DNA of 64,000 bases from Lama guanicoe (GCA_013239625.1 MU054187.1:13114974-13178973); one strand, 5' to 3'; counted from the first letter of the stretch, positions 50,946-64,000 are shown. Notes: generated by a model not told the origin, from the letters alone. Numbers and translations: made by a program.

Positions 50946-53900
50946 ATTGACATCACTTGAAAAACAAGATCAATAGGATTTGAATCCCCACACCCTTTCT
51001 AATCATCCCTTTTTTAAAAAATTCAAATAATACATTTCTGTTTTCCCTACAGCAGAAATCTGGATTCTACATTTCTTTCCCCTCTTGGTGATTTTTAAAT
51101 TTGAACTTCAGTTTTTTCACCTATCAAATGGGTACATATTCAACCTTAACACTGTCATGGTAAGTTTTTAAGGTATCTTTAGGACATCTTTACATGGAAT
51201 TGAATTTCTCAAAATGGCATCTCTGTGGTCTGCACATAAAAATTATTAATGAACTGACACTGGGTGAGACATGAGCTATCACTTTTGTTAGGTCAAATTC
51301 CTAACCTCAGAAACCCAGGGGGTAATAGTCCTTCATTGGCTTGGATACGATGATAATTTATCCAAACAGACTTAATTCTAAAAAGTAGTTTCAGGACAAA
51401 TCTTTCTTCATTATCTATACATATATATAATGGGTTTTATGTATATGTTTCAGGCCACAGCTTACAAATGCCAGTGGGAAAAAAACATAAGTGAAAGAAC
51501 ATATCAAAAAATATTCCCAGATTTAAAGGAAAGACTGTCAGTTGAAAATGTCATGAGTGACAGTTACACTGTGAGTCACCAATAAAAGATCAAGGCACTT
51601 TGGACAGTACTCCTGTGTTCTTTATATCCTGACCTTTGTTACAGCAGACTTGGAGTGATCTTGACTAAAAATCACCCCTGAGGGTACAATGAAATTTGCT
51701 CGTTAAACTATTCTAGTGTTTTTTCTGGATATCATGCATAACATGCTGCTGTCTTTCTGTGGCGGAACCCGAAGCTAATAGCTTTTACTGATTCTGCAGA
51801 TAAATATCATATGTCACCACTCATTAAAAAATCTGTTCTAAAACCCACATTCCCATTAATCAACATTGTCTTTGTTTTCAAATAATTAATGCAAAAAATA
51901 ACACTAAAAAAACCTTATAGAGAGTCTATAGTTGGTTATGGATAGAAAATTTTAACTCAAATATTATAAAGTCATTTTATAAATTCATAATTGGCCCCTG
52001 TACATTCTATTTATTTCTTTTAAAATATATTCCTAAGCACTATCCTGTAGCTCATTTGTGTATAAGTAATTTGCCCATATATTTTATTTCCTGAACCAGA
52101 ATATTTTGAATATTACTCAGAAAAATAGGGATTGTCCTGGGAATAAAAGGAAGGAAAGTCAGCCTGCCTATAAGCATAGGTTTAATCAGCCTCAGCATTT
52201 AATTCTGTAGATTATGGAATAAGTTGGTGGTTTCATGAAAAAAAAAAAGCCACAATTTTTGTCAATGAATACTCATACTGATACCAGAGTGTAATGAAAA
52301 CAAATGTGCAAGGATCTTTAAAACCTAATGGTTTTTCAAATTAGCCAGCGAACTGTCAGAAATTCACATTATTCTGGACTATTTGTTGTTCTTTGAATCA
52401 GATTACATGACCATTTTTGGAAAATACTAAGTACTGAAGACTAAATCTAGACTTTTCTTTTGGCATTATATCTCTGACTTTTAAAACAGTAAGTTGCACT
52501 TATGAGGTATTCAGCAAATATCTGTTGAATAAATGAAAAAGTAAATGACGATATTTCTGGTTAACCTGGGACTCCTTGGATAACTCAGAGCTAATCAACA
52601 AATGAAAAAATTTCCTTATTACAAATTTCTACGTAAAAAGAAAGCCATAATCCATGTCTTTTTGGAAGATACACATGTATTAATACAACCATATTATTTA
52701 CAAAAAATTCAAGTCACTATGGGCACATTACTGATGAAATCACACAAATCAATTATAGACACAGAAATGCCACTTCAACAAAATGAGCAGCTTTGCTGTT
52801 TTATCTTAAGGGAGCCATTTTTTTGACTAGCATGTTCTTTCAAATTCTTGAGAAATAAGTATCATCTAATAATATCCTTTTTTCTTCACCATGAAATAAT
52901 TATTTAGCAATAGCTCTTTTTTTCATATTTAGACACTACTTAATACCACAAACTAATTTCATCTTCCAGAAAACAAGAATTTTTGGTATGTCTCATTTGA
53001 GAAGCATCATGTCCAGGCAATACAAATACTTTATGACATCTTATTATCCTAGGTTCTCAAGGTTGGATGGCAACTTGGAAGTTATGTGTTATAAACACTT
53101 GACCAATCTTCCACTCTTCAGTCATTCCTGAAATGTCCTTTATTTTCTCATCCTTGACACAGCTCTGAGATGTGGGAAACAAAGAAACCACTTTCATGAA
53201 TATGTTTGTCTATTTCCTAACACCACACACGACTCAGGATTATTAATCATCTACTGTTTGAAGCCCATCTCATTGGGCTAGGCCATTCTTCTTTGAACTT
53301 CCTAGCCATTGAAAGACACTGGCCTTTGGCTATGGTCCTTTCCTCCACCTTAAGCCTGACCATCATCTTGAGTTACTTCAGTGTCCACAGGTTCAGCTGC
53401 CATCTTGGTCCCCCCTCCTGCTGACCTCACTCCTCACTCTCCACTCCAGTTCACCTCACTTCCGACATCATCAACATCTCATCTCCAATTTCCTTACCTC
53501 CAATATCACTAATTTTGGAGTCCATATCTGACCACGGCCCTCCTGCTTTCAACTTGTCTTTTCAACTACCCCCACTGTAATTCTTCTGTCACCTTACTTG
53601 GGACCTCTAGGTCATTGACCATTTCACTTCATACAAATATATTAGCCTTTGCTTTTTAAATTTTGGTGCTATCCAAATTAGAGCTTGCAAGCCATCATTC
53701 CAATAATAAAAACAATCTTTTCAACAACCTAAAGTTCCTCCACCTCTTCTCTTTCAACTATATTTACTTATAAATCATCAGGTTTGGTGAGTCCAGCTAT
53801 TTATTTCCTCTGTGTCATACAACGTGGCAGCTTGGTTCTACTACATTTGTGGCAAGCCTCAAATGGGATCTCAACAATGCTGCATTATTTTGATCAAATA

Positions 53901-53970
53901 ACTTTCTTACTCTCCTTAAGCCTCTGATATGACACCTCTACCTCTTTCCCAGCAGATTATCTTACCTCCT

Positions 53971-53997
53971 AAGAAAGAAGAAGAAGAAGAAGAAGAA

Positions 53998-54029
<32 letters not shown>

Positions 54030-54130
54030 AGAAGGAGGAGGAGGAGGAGGAGGAGGAGGAGGAGGAGGAGGAGGAGAAGGAGAAGGAGAAGAAGGAGGAG
54101 AAGGAGGAGAAGGAGGAGAAGGAGAAGAAG
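53971..54130 (+). repeat. Compound polypurine microsatellite (GAA)n-(GGA)n-(GGAGAA)n
   Basis: Read directly from the sequence. Confidence 0.97.
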
Positions 54131-54365
54131 AGATCAGAAAGGAACCTTTTCATGCACCAAATATACAAAAATACCTTTATCCATATCTATTTTATATTAC
54201 TTCTCTAATTAAAAATAATCTCTAAGTTTTAGAGAAGGAGGAGAAGGAGAAGAAGGAGAAGAAGAGATCAGAAAGGAACCTTTTCATGCACCAAATATAC
54301 AAAAATACCTTTATCCATATCTATTTTATATTACTTCTCTAATTAAAAATAATCTCTAAGTTTTA
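54098..54365. repeat. Tandem duplication with 134-bp period abutting a purine microsatellite
   Basis: The unique block agatcagaaagg...ctctaagtttta occurs identically at 54131-54231 and 54265-54365, each preceded by GGA/GAA repeats. Confidence 0.95.
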
Positions 54366-54569
54366 ATCTAAAGTCAAATCCCCTGCCATTTAGGAGGTTA
54401 CTGTAGCTGTCTAAGTGGAATATGCTGTTGGCTTAGAATAAAAAGGTGATAATTGGTTACAACTGACATATATTCAGGAAGATAGAACCCAGAGCACTTC
54501 CTGGTGGCTCAAACATGGGTGGTGATATAGGAGAAAGAGGGAAAAATCAAATTGGCTCCTGTGGGTTCT

Positions 54570-56830
54570 GCTCTGGCTATGGTGGATTAGACTTTATCAG
54601 ACCATGCACTAAGAACTGGAGAAACTAGATAAAATATTTAAAACATGGATATAAAGTCATCATGGAACCACCAAGACAGTCAAAATATGAAGCTTCAAGA
54701 ATCATGCTCCTCCCCAAAAAAGAGTAAGTACAGAGAGTGAGCCCGACACTCAGTATTGTTTTTCATCTTGAAACATTTACAGAGCCATGTATGGTGGCAC
54801 AGAAGTTGAAAAACTGAGCAGAATTCTCAGCACTCTCACGGGGCTAGGGAGACAAAAGTTGGAGTTTGGGGCTTATCAAAATAGAGGGATCCTGGAAAGC
54901 ACCTCAGATGTGCTGCTGGGACCACGAAAGGGCTATAGCCTTTGAGTAAAAGTGAACTACAAATGGATCAGACTTCTAAAAACTGAAAAATCAAATCAGA
55001 ATCCACTCAAAACCTGACTTCTTTCAGATTTTTTGCTACTTCCTATTAAATGCAAAATTCTCTAGAGGAAATATCATCCAGAGCCTCAAATGTCTGACAT
55101 TCAACCAAAAATAAACAAGCATCAGGAAACATGACTAAATAACTGAAAACCAAGAGGGTAACAGAATATCAACAGACCAACTGGAGATCCAATTATTTGA
55201 GTACCTGACAAGAATGTAAAAAAACACTGATATATGTTTAAAATATATAGAGCAAGATAGTGAATCCCAGAAAATAACCGGATATAAAAAAAAGTATTAA
55301 ATAGAAATTCTAAGGCTGAAAAATAAAATAATTAAAATTAAGGACTTAATAGTTGTGTTTAAAAGCACATTACATTCTCTGGCGTAAATTTTATCAATGT
55401 TCTCCTAGGACAGTCTACCCAGGCAGTAGAAATAAAAGCAAAAATAAACAAATGGGACCTAATTAAACTTACAAGCTTTTGCACAGCAAAGGAAACTATA
55501 AGCAAAACAAAATGACAACCTAGGGAATGGGAGAAAATATTTGCAAATGATGCAACTGACAAAGGTTTAATTTCCAGAATGTATAAACATCTCATACAAC
55601 TTAATAACAAAAAGAAACCAAACAACCCAATCCAAAAATGGGCAAAAGACCTAAACAAACAATTCTCCAATGAAGACATACAAATGGCCAATAGGCACAT
55701 GAAAAAAGTTTCAGTTTTGCTAATTATCAGAGAAATGCAAATCAAAACTACAATGAGGTATCCACTCACACCAGTCAGAATGGCTATCATTAAAAATTAC
55801 ACAAATGATAAATGCTGGAGAGGGTACAGAGAAAAGGGAACCCTCCTACACTGTTGGTGGGAATGTAGTTAGGTGCAGCCATTATGGAAAACAGTGCGGA
55901 GAATCTTCAAAAAACTAAAATCGAACTTACCCTATGATCCAGCAATCCCACTCCTGGGCATGTATCTGGAGGGAACTCTAATTCATAAAGATACATGCAC
56001 CCTAATGTTCACAGCAGCACTATATGAAATAGCTAAGACATGGAAGCAACCTAAATGTCCACTGACAGATGACTGGATAAAGAAGTTGTGGTATACTCAC
56101 ACAATGAATACTACTCAGTGATTAAAAAAAAAAAGGAATGAAATAATGCCATTTGCAGCAACATGGATGGACTTGGAGATCATCATTCTACATGAAGTAA
56201 GCCAGAAAGAGAAAGAAAAATACCGTATGATAATAGTCATATGTGGAATCTAAAAATAAGAGGACACTAATGAGCTCATCTACAAAACAAAAACACTCGC
56301 AGATGTAACAATCTTATGGTTACCGGGGAAAGATGGTGGGAAAGGATAAATTTGGGACTTTGAGATTTGCACATGATAACCACTATATATAAAAATAGAT
56401 TAAAAAACAAATTTCTTCTGTATAGCACAGGGAACTACATTTAATATCTTGTAATAACCTACAATGAAAAAGAGTACGTAAATGAATATATGTATATAAA
56501 TGCATGATGAGGACATTATGCTGTACATCAGAAACTGACACATTGTAATTCACTATACTTCAGTAATAATAATAAAAAACCCACATTAGACACAGCCAAA
56601 AAGAGGATTAATGGAGTAGACAATAAGTCAACACAAATAAAGCACAAACAGACAAAAGTATGGCGAACGTGTAAGAGACAAGGGAAGCATGATGAAAAGA
56701 TTGAGCAAACTGGTTTTGGGGTTCCAGAAGAAGGGAAAGGAAAGTGGGGTCAAAGATTTGAAGATATGTAAGTCAAAAATTTCCAGAATTGGTTAAAGTC
56801 ATAAAGTTATAAATTCTGTAATGTCATACA
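54570..56830 (+). mobile_element. Old L1 5' UTR/ORF1 remnant, split by the young L1
   Basis: ORF1 coiled-coil-type sequence runs on across the insertion (tttaaaagcacatta|gacacagccaaaaagaggattaatgg); A-rich sense strand. Confidence 0.7.
55373..56580 (+). mobile_element. Relatively young 5'-truncated LINE-1 (disrupted ORF2 C-terminus, 3' UTR, A-rich tail)
   Basis: Translates to L1 ORF2 motifs ([41 protein letters not shown]) with stops and frameshifts; TT/AAAA target at 55359-55364; TSD core cacatta at 55366-55372 and 56582-56588. Confidence 0.95.
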
Positions 56831-58189
56831 AGTTTTTGTCTGAAAACCTGGGTGAATAATGAAGACATTTATTAAAGTATAACTTTGAGAAAGAGAGGCT
56901 TGAGCCAGGGTTAGGAGTAGAGGAATCAAGAATTCAGTTTGGGATATGTTAATGTCAAGATGCCTATCAGACGTGAATGTGAAAATGTTGTGTAGGCAAT
57001 TTGATATTGAACAAATGGGTGGCAAAAAATCATAACCCGTAGGTTTTTATTCTGTTCCTACCTACCAGGCTGCTTTGTGACAGTAGACACATTATCCTCC
57101 TTACCTTTCTCTAGGAATGACTTTTCATTTTTTATTACAGATTAAAAACTTTACTAAAAGACAAGACTATTTGAGTACTTAATGATATTTTGAATGCATA
57201 TTCCCATAAATTGTGGGACATGTGGAATCTGGTATTTGAAGACATTTAGCGGCTGGGGATGAGCCATGAGGAGCTCTGGTGTGGCTCCATTCATTTTTTC
57301 ATTAGAGTTCTAGGAGACTGATTCAGTCACCTTATCTTCCATTTATTATCCTCTGCCCCATGCTTTTCTCTCTTAGATGTGGAAACTTAAGGTACGAATT
57401 TATTAGATCCTAAGTACTTTGTAGTTAGCTATGATTGTGCAGTTTCCATTGGCATGGTTGCCAACTGATAAGCAATGGAGTTCTTCAGATTTTTATAATC
57501 CATGACATGTATCACCCTTGGCCTTTTTTGTCACTAAAAGTTAGAGTGAACGTAGGGATAGAGGTGGAGAAGGGTGGCTGTATCACAAGGAAAAAAAAAT
57601 ATCTTGCAGGGGAATCCTAAATCCAAATATTACATTTGAATTAAATTTTAAATGTGATTTTAAATTAAACCAGCCTAAAATTAAACTAGTATATATATAT
57701 TATATATATACATATATAATATACAGAACCAAAAAAAAGCTAAAAGGTAAATGTCTCTGATATTTGGATTTAGGATTTGGTTAACAATATGTGACAATCA
57801 AGGTGGATGTGTATGCTATTTAAAATAGGAGGAGATCACTTAGGAAGGAGACACAGGAAAGTGAACATTTGCAAAGACTTGCTCTGGCCACACTGATATT
57901 TAGGATCCAGTTCAAGTTAAGAGACATCAGCAAAGGATCTTAGGGAAGGATCAGCTAGTTGAGATGGGAGAAAAATCAGGAGAATAGGAAGTCCCAGAAA
58001 CCAAGTGAATAAAGCAAAATTTGATCATTAATACTAGATGCTACTGAAAATGTCAAGATGAAAACTGGGAATCCCACTGGAAGTGCAAATTTGGGAGTCA
58101 CTGGTGACTTTGAGAAGAACCGTTTTAATGGAATGATAGGGATGAAATTATGATCTGAATGGGTTCAAGAGAGAACAGGAGAATTATGC

Positions 58190-60040
58190 CCTGGTAATGG
58201 TAGTCTAGGTCATTCACTTCTTTCCACTAAGAAAACTAAAAAATATGAACAAAATATTTTCAAAAACTTCTAAAAGCATTAAAAAGCTAACACAATATTG
58301 AGTAACTACAAGGATGCTATAAAGGAGGAGATGCCAATCCAGAGGATGGAAATCTGCACTATGGGGCTGTTTTGCCCTGGAGATGTCTGTTACTGTGGAA
58401 GATTTGCTGATAGAGTAAGCAGTACATCTAGTAGTTTCAAAGAATTGGGAACCAAAAGTTTAGTCTGGAGTCTTCCAAGGGAGAGAGTCTCCTTAAATCA
58501 CCATGTGCTTTGGGTTAGCGCCCTGAAGGGATGGACGCACACTCACAAGGAAAAAGGAAGGAGGAATAAAACAACGTTTGCAGTGACTGCAACCTTCATC
58601 TCATTTTATTTCTCAAGCCCTGAAATTAGACTGAAACGATCCCAGATTATTATTTTCCTCCTGTGTTTGGCAGAGAAAATAATAACCCATGGATGGATAG
58701 ATATGGGATAAGAAAAGTGTAGTCAAATGTTTAAAGATGTTAAAGGTAGAGTTTGGTGAATATATAAACATTCACTGTAAAATTCTTTAATTTTTTCATT
58801 TTTTGGAACTTTTAAAAGTAAAATGTTAGCAAAAGAAGACAGTTGTCTCTGGAGGAAAGTAATATCATCTTAGGTCTCAAATCAGGTTCAAAAATTATTT
58901 TCCAAATGCAGTGTCCAACAAACAATTAAACTAGGCATATGAGGAGTCAAGAAAATACGATGAAGATCAAACACTAACTACAGACAACAGATAGAGACCT
59001 ACAGATATTGCACACAGAACAGGCACCAGACACAGATTACAGAACCACTATGATTGCTATGTCCAGAGAAATAAAAGCTCAACGTAAATACAGCAAAAAG
59101 CTTTAAACTAAACTATGATATTGAGTATGTGAAATGAACTAAATAGAAAGTTCAGAAATTAAAACTATAATAACTAAAATTGAGAATGCAATGGCTGAGT
59201 TTAAGAATAAAATAAACTCAGGAAAAGAGACAAACAGTAAACTTGTTGGTAGCTAAGAATAAATGGTCCCTAATAAAGAGTGGAGTGACAGAAAAGATAA
59301 GGAATACACAAAAGATAGTGAAAGACTGCGTTCAGTGAGTTGATCTAACATCCATTCAACTGCAGAGGAGGTGAAGAATGTAGAAGATGCCATATTTAAA
59401 GTGACTGTGGACTAAAATTTTCCAAAAGTGATGAAAACTATCAATTCACAGATTTTAAAAAGTTTAACATTCTAAAGTCATAAAAATAAAAGAAATCCAT
59501 GCCTTTAGAGATCATAGAAAAACTGCCAAAGACAAAGAAAAATTCTTGAAAGTAGCAGGGGTGGTGGTCGTAAGGGACACATTACTTTAAGAACAACACT
59601 GGACTGACAGCTGCTTCTTAACAGCAACAAAGCTAGAAGACAGAGGAATGATATCACTAATGCATGCAAAAATTTCCTCCCAACCTAGAATTCTTTATCC
59701 AGAGAAAAATCCTTCAGAAATAAAAGTGATACAAAATATTTCCAAATAAAAAATGACAGCAATTGCCCTTAGAAGATCTGCATTAAAATAAATACTCCAG
59801 GATTTTTTTTTTCAGGCAGAATAAGAATCATTCCAGTTGGAAGATAAGAGATGCAAGAAAAGATGGAGAAGGAAAAATGATCAAATATAGGGAAATATAA
59901 ATACTGACTATATATAAAATAACAGTAAGAGTTTCCTATGAGAATAAAATTACAGAGAGAATTAAAACACACAACAGTAATCTAAATGGGGAGAGGGATA
60001 AATTAAGTCCTTTGTCTAAGATAAGGATAAGAGTACTAAT
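58190..60040 (+). mobile_element. Old L1 (L1M-type) 5' UTR/ORF1 remnant
   Basis: ORF1-like motifs (aaaattttccaaaagtgatgaaa; caacctagaattctttatccag). Confidence 0.7.
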
Positions 60041-60109
60041 TAACATGATATTTTTTTAAATGTAAAGGTTTTCTTTACTATTTTTCTTACACATATAATA
60101 TCTTTATAG

Positions 60110-61200
60110 GCTCTTTTTTAAAAAGCTTTTTGAAGTATAATTGATATATAGTAAGCTGACAAATTTTAGAAGAATCTGACGTTATAAATGCCCATGAAAC
60201 AATCACCACGACCAAGATAAGAAACATATACATGCACACCAACAGTTTCTTTGTGCCCCTTTGTAATCTCCCCGCCCTCAACACATCATTCCCAGGCTGC
60301 TCAATAGCTATTGAGCAGCCTTCTAGCATATAGATGAGTTTGTATTTTCTGGACATTCAGGTAAATGGAACCATACAATATATCCTTCTTTTCTCTGGCT
60401 TCTTTCACTCAGCATAATTAAGATTTATCCATGTTGCTGCATGTAACAGAGGCTTATTCTTTTTATTGATGAATTGTATTCCATTGTATGGATAGAGTAC
60501 CTTTTGCTGATTCACTCATCTACTGGTTATGGTCACTTTCCAGTTTTTGGCCATTTCCTATATGAACATTTGCGTACTCGTTTTAGTGTTGACGTATGTT
60601 TTACTTTATTTTTGGTGAACACCTAGAAGTAGAATGGCTGGATCATATAGTGGATATATGTTTAACTGAAAAACAAAAAACAAAAAACAAAAAACAAATG
60701 ACAAATGAATTCCTAAAGTTGTTACACCATTTTGCATTCGGTGTGAGAATTCCAGTTTGCTCCACGTACTCACTAACATATAGTAAAGTCAGTCTTCAAT
60801 TGCAGGCGTTCTAATAGCTATGTAGTGATACCTCATTGTTATTTTAGTTTACATTTCCCTAGTTACTAAACATGTTGGTTATCTTTTCATGTACTTATTT
60901 ACTATCCTTATATCTTCTCTGGTGAGGGGTCCATTCAAGTCTTTTGTCTATATTTTGAATTTATTAGTTTGTTTTCTTATTATTGAGTTTGAGAGTTCTC
61001 TGTATTTTCTGGAAGCAAGGCTTTTAAAAATTAGATATGTGATTTGTAAATATTTTCTTGCAGTCCTAGCTTCTTTTCAGGCTCTTTACAGTATCTTTCA
61101 AATAGCATACTTCTTTATTTTGATGAAGTCCAATTTATCAATTTATTCTTTTATGGATAATATTTTGGTATCCTATTTAAGAAACTGATGCATTATCCAT
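60110..61200 (-). mobile_element. Old L1 3' end (L1MC/L1MB-like), antisense
   Basis: Typical 3' UTR motifs (ttttgaagtataattgatata; ggcttctttcactcagcataat; ttttgatgaagtccaatttatcaat). Confidence 0.8.
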
Positions 61201-61229
61201 AAAAAATAAACTAATAAATTGGACTTACA

Positions 61230-63670
61230 GAGAGGGAATTTGCTTCTTGTAGGAAGCATACAACTGAGAATTTTGTTTTCAATCCAATCTGACTGTCTAC
61301 AACTTTTTATGGGAGTGTTTAGAACACTTACATTTAATGTGATTATTAAATCTACCATCTTGCTGCTTGTTTTCTAGTTGTCCCATGTAGGACTGACTAC
61401 ATAATTTGGGGGGGCCTAGTGCAACACAAAAAACGTGGGCTTCGTGATCATAAATTACTAATCATTTAAAAATGTCAGCAGCAGAGCGCTAATCCAGACA
61501 TGGGACTCTTGTTAAGTGCAAGGCTTCATATGACTGTATAGGTCAGATGTCTATGAACCTGGCTCTTTTTTCTCTTTGTTCTCTTTTTCTACTCTTTCTG
61601 GATTGAGCAGCTTTTTAAAAATGATTCCATTTCAGATTTTTTATTGATCTATTAACCATAACTCTTTGTTCTGTTATTCTAGTGGTTCCTTTAACATATA
61701 TATACACACACACATGTATTTATATTCAAGTGATATACTAAATCACTTGTATTGTAAAAACCTTACAACAGTGTAATTTCACTTGTCCTGTTCCAGCCCT
61801 TCTGCTATTGTTACCACATATTTTACTTTTGTATATGTTACAAACCCATAATACATTGTTATTGTTTTGCTTTAAATGTTGATTATCTTTTGTATGTTTA
61901 ACTGTCAAGAAAAAGTGTTTATGTTTACCCATGTTGTTACCATTTCTGATTCTTTTCATTCCTTTGTGTAGATACAGATTTTCATCCGGTATCATTTTCT
62001 TTCTGCTTTAAGGATTTTAATATTTCTGCAGTGCAGGTCTGCTGTCATCTTCAACTTTGTACCTCCCTTTTTTTCCTCTACTGGTTTTTAAGATTCACTA
62101 TCATTCAAATCGCATTTTGATAATAATGAACCTTGATGTACTTTTCTTTGTGTTTCTTACGTTTGGTGTCATTGAGCTTCAGGACTCTGTGGGTTAGCAG
62201 TTTTCACCAAATTTGAAAAGTTTTCGGTTATTACTTTAAAGCATTTTTTTCTCTCTCCTCTTTCTCTTCTTCAGAGATTCTAATTTCATTTATGTTTGGC
62301 TGCACAAAATTGTCCTAAAGTTTAATGATCACTTATCCTCTGTACTTTTTTGTCCTTTTTCTCTCTGTGTTTCATTTTGGATTGTTATGTCTTCAGGTTT
62401 AAATATGTTTTCTTCTGCAATGTCCAATCTGCCATTAATCTGATCCAGTGTATTTTTCATCTCAATTATTGTGAGTTTCATTTCAATAAGTTTCATTTCT
62501 GTCTGTTTTAGACCCTTCCTGCCTTAAAATATTCAATTGTTTCTCTAACATAATAACTGTTTTAAAGTATTTTTCTATTTGTTTTACCATAAATGTGTCA
62601 TATCAGAATCACATTCAATTGGTTGATTTTTTTCCTTATTATGGGTTATATTTTTCTGTTTCTTTGCATGCCTAGTGGCTTTTTATTGATGCTAAACAAA
62701 AAAGAGTATTTTGTTTTGAGGGGTGTTAGGTATTTTATATTCTCAAAATTTTTCTTGAGCTTTACTGTGGGATGTGGTTAAGTTACTTGGAATCAATTGT
62801 ATCTTTGGGGGTCTTGTTTTATCCTTTGTTATGTGGGATAAGAGCAGCATCTAACCTATGGTTAATTTTCATTGGCTCTGGGATGTGGGGGTGATCCCTA
62901 GTCATCGGGTACCTGGCCCTAGGGAGATCAGGGCAAAGGAGCATCACCTCCTGGAGTATGAGAGTTCAATAAAGAAGACAGTTGAAGTATGGGCTCTTGG
63001 TTGGTTGGTTTACCTATGAAAAGTGGAGTCATTTGCTTCTCTGGGAATTAGCTGGCCCTGAGGGGTAACCTCTCCTCTGTCAGTGAAGCCCAGACATCAG
63101 AGCATTAAGAACACAGAAAATAAAAAAATAGAGTTAATATAGGAGCAGGCACTGTTTCTGTGCCTGGTGATTTAGAGACACTGTTCCCTCTAATATTTTG
63201 GGTGGTTCCCTCCCTGGCCTTGGGTCATTTTCTTCATATGCATGTGTTGATCAGTATCCAACTAAATACCTGAGACAAACGTTTTACAGCTTTCCACAGT
63301 CCGCCCCCTGTGCAGTTCTCTTCTCTTCAGCACTCTGCCTCACAGACCCTAGCAAATGTGCTTTCCTTGGCTCCCAGATCCACCTCCACAACTCAGAGAT
63401 ACCACCAGCTTCCCTTGGGACCCTCCTGCTTCCCCGCAGCCTGCAAAGGCTTGCTGACCTGCTCTGGGCAGTAAGCAGAGGCAACTGCAAGGCCTGGCTC
63501 TTTGATCTCTGGCCTCTCAGGGACCACGGTCCTCAGTTCCCTTATGCCCGATGTCCTTAGAGATACCTTTTCATATATCGTGTCTAGTGTTTCAGCTGAG
63601 TCAGGTGAGGGTAAATCTAGTCCCCCGTTTTGTTTGGAATTAGAACATCAGATTTTGAAGAGTCAAGGTA
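61230..63670 (-). mobile_element. Old L1 fragments, antisense, interrupted by MER45A and an LTR-like piece near 62880-63140
   Basis: T-rich L1 antisense motifs (tttagaacacttacatttaatgtgattatt; ctgccattaatctgatccagtgtatttttcatctc). Confidence 0.65.
61388..61566 (+). mobile_element. MER45A-like non-autonomous hAT DNA transposon
   Basis: Matches recalled consensus throughout (ctacataatttggggggcctagtgcaa...cagcagagcgctaatcc...tatgaacctggctct). Confidence 0.7.
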
Positions 63671-63679
63671 CATATTATA

Positions 63680-64000
63680 ATTTCTAGGATAAGAACTAAT
63701 AAAATATCTCCCCTCAAATATAATTCCCAAACCAATAAAGAAGTAAATGAAAAAAAATCTAATCTAAAATAAGGATGGAGTGAAAAGTAATAGCGAACAA
63801 GCAAAACAAATAGAACAGCATAGTAAAATGATAGATTTAAGCCAAAATAAAATAGTAGTTACATTCAAAGTTAAATATACTAAATTATACCATCAAAGGC
63901 ACACACAAAAAAATACTGGATTAAAAAAAATAACTAACCATGTCTTGTTTTCATATATACAACAAGAACAAATTCTGAAAATAAATGAATTAAACATTTA
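63680..64000 (+). mobile_element. Old L1 fragment near the ORF2 start
   Basis: A-rich, with tagtaaaatgatagatttaa...tagttacatt...ctggattaaaaa motifs. Confidence 0.55.

Larger units (their letters stand above)
53330..54387 (+). mobile_element. L2 fragment, sense orientation, containing the microsatellite
   Basis: C/T-rich L2-like motifs (tctgaccacggccctcctgctttc; cagcagattatcttacctcct; ctaaagtcaaatcccct). Confidence 0.6.
54388..58185 (-). mobile_element. L2 in antisense orientation, in three collinear pieces (about 54388-54570, 56830-57015 and 57785-58185)
   Basis: Motifs ttaggaggttactgtag, aatcaagaattcagtttgggatatgttaat and gtcactggtgactttgagaagaacc follow recalled L2 consensus order. Confidence 0.65.

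Noticed and set aside
53929..54225. Poly-Glu/poly-Gly ORF
   Set aside because: Translation of the GAA/GGA microsatellite.
55359..56121. ORFs with real protein similarity
   Set aside because: Broken L1 ORF2 C-terminus and its antisense frame, not a host gene.
1..64000. A novel multi-gene, defence or CRISPR-type system
   Set aside because: There are no operon-like ORFs, repeat-spacer arrays or intact mobile-element genes; the window is intron, promoter and intergenic mammalian sequence.

Overview
This is AT-rich mammalian genomic DNA, not prokaryotic. It is most likely camelid, judging from tRNA-Ala-derived Vic-1-like SINEs and the 3' UTR type of a young L1. The window holds the 5' end of a large minus-strand gene: a CpG-island promoter at about 32.6-33.9 kb with two candidate first-exon donors, and a 108-nt exon at 22231-22338 whose last 33 nt encode MEDPRGINGQS before a GTAAGT donor. 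That 11-codon phase-0 start exon resembles the first coding exons of EYA4 (MEDSQDLNEQS) and EYA3 (MEEEQDLPEQP), so I call it the distal, long-isoform start of EYA1. This call rests on recall and is not database-verified. Bases 1-22230 would be part of a very long intron. Upstream of the promoter lie further CpG-rich islands (about 39.5-40.1, 41.7-43.2, 43.9-44.1 and 46.5-46.9 kb), then a dense nest of L1/L2 repeats from about 53 kb to the end. Almost all ORFs in the supplied track are spurious (GC-rich, microsatellite or L1-derived). I see no evidence of a novel multi-gene system. The points most worth checking are candidate extra exons, two near-perfect tandem duplications that may be assembly artefacts, an apparent L2 inversion with nested L1s, and an unexplained inverted repeat. 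Repeat-family calls are by eye and their boundaries are approximate.
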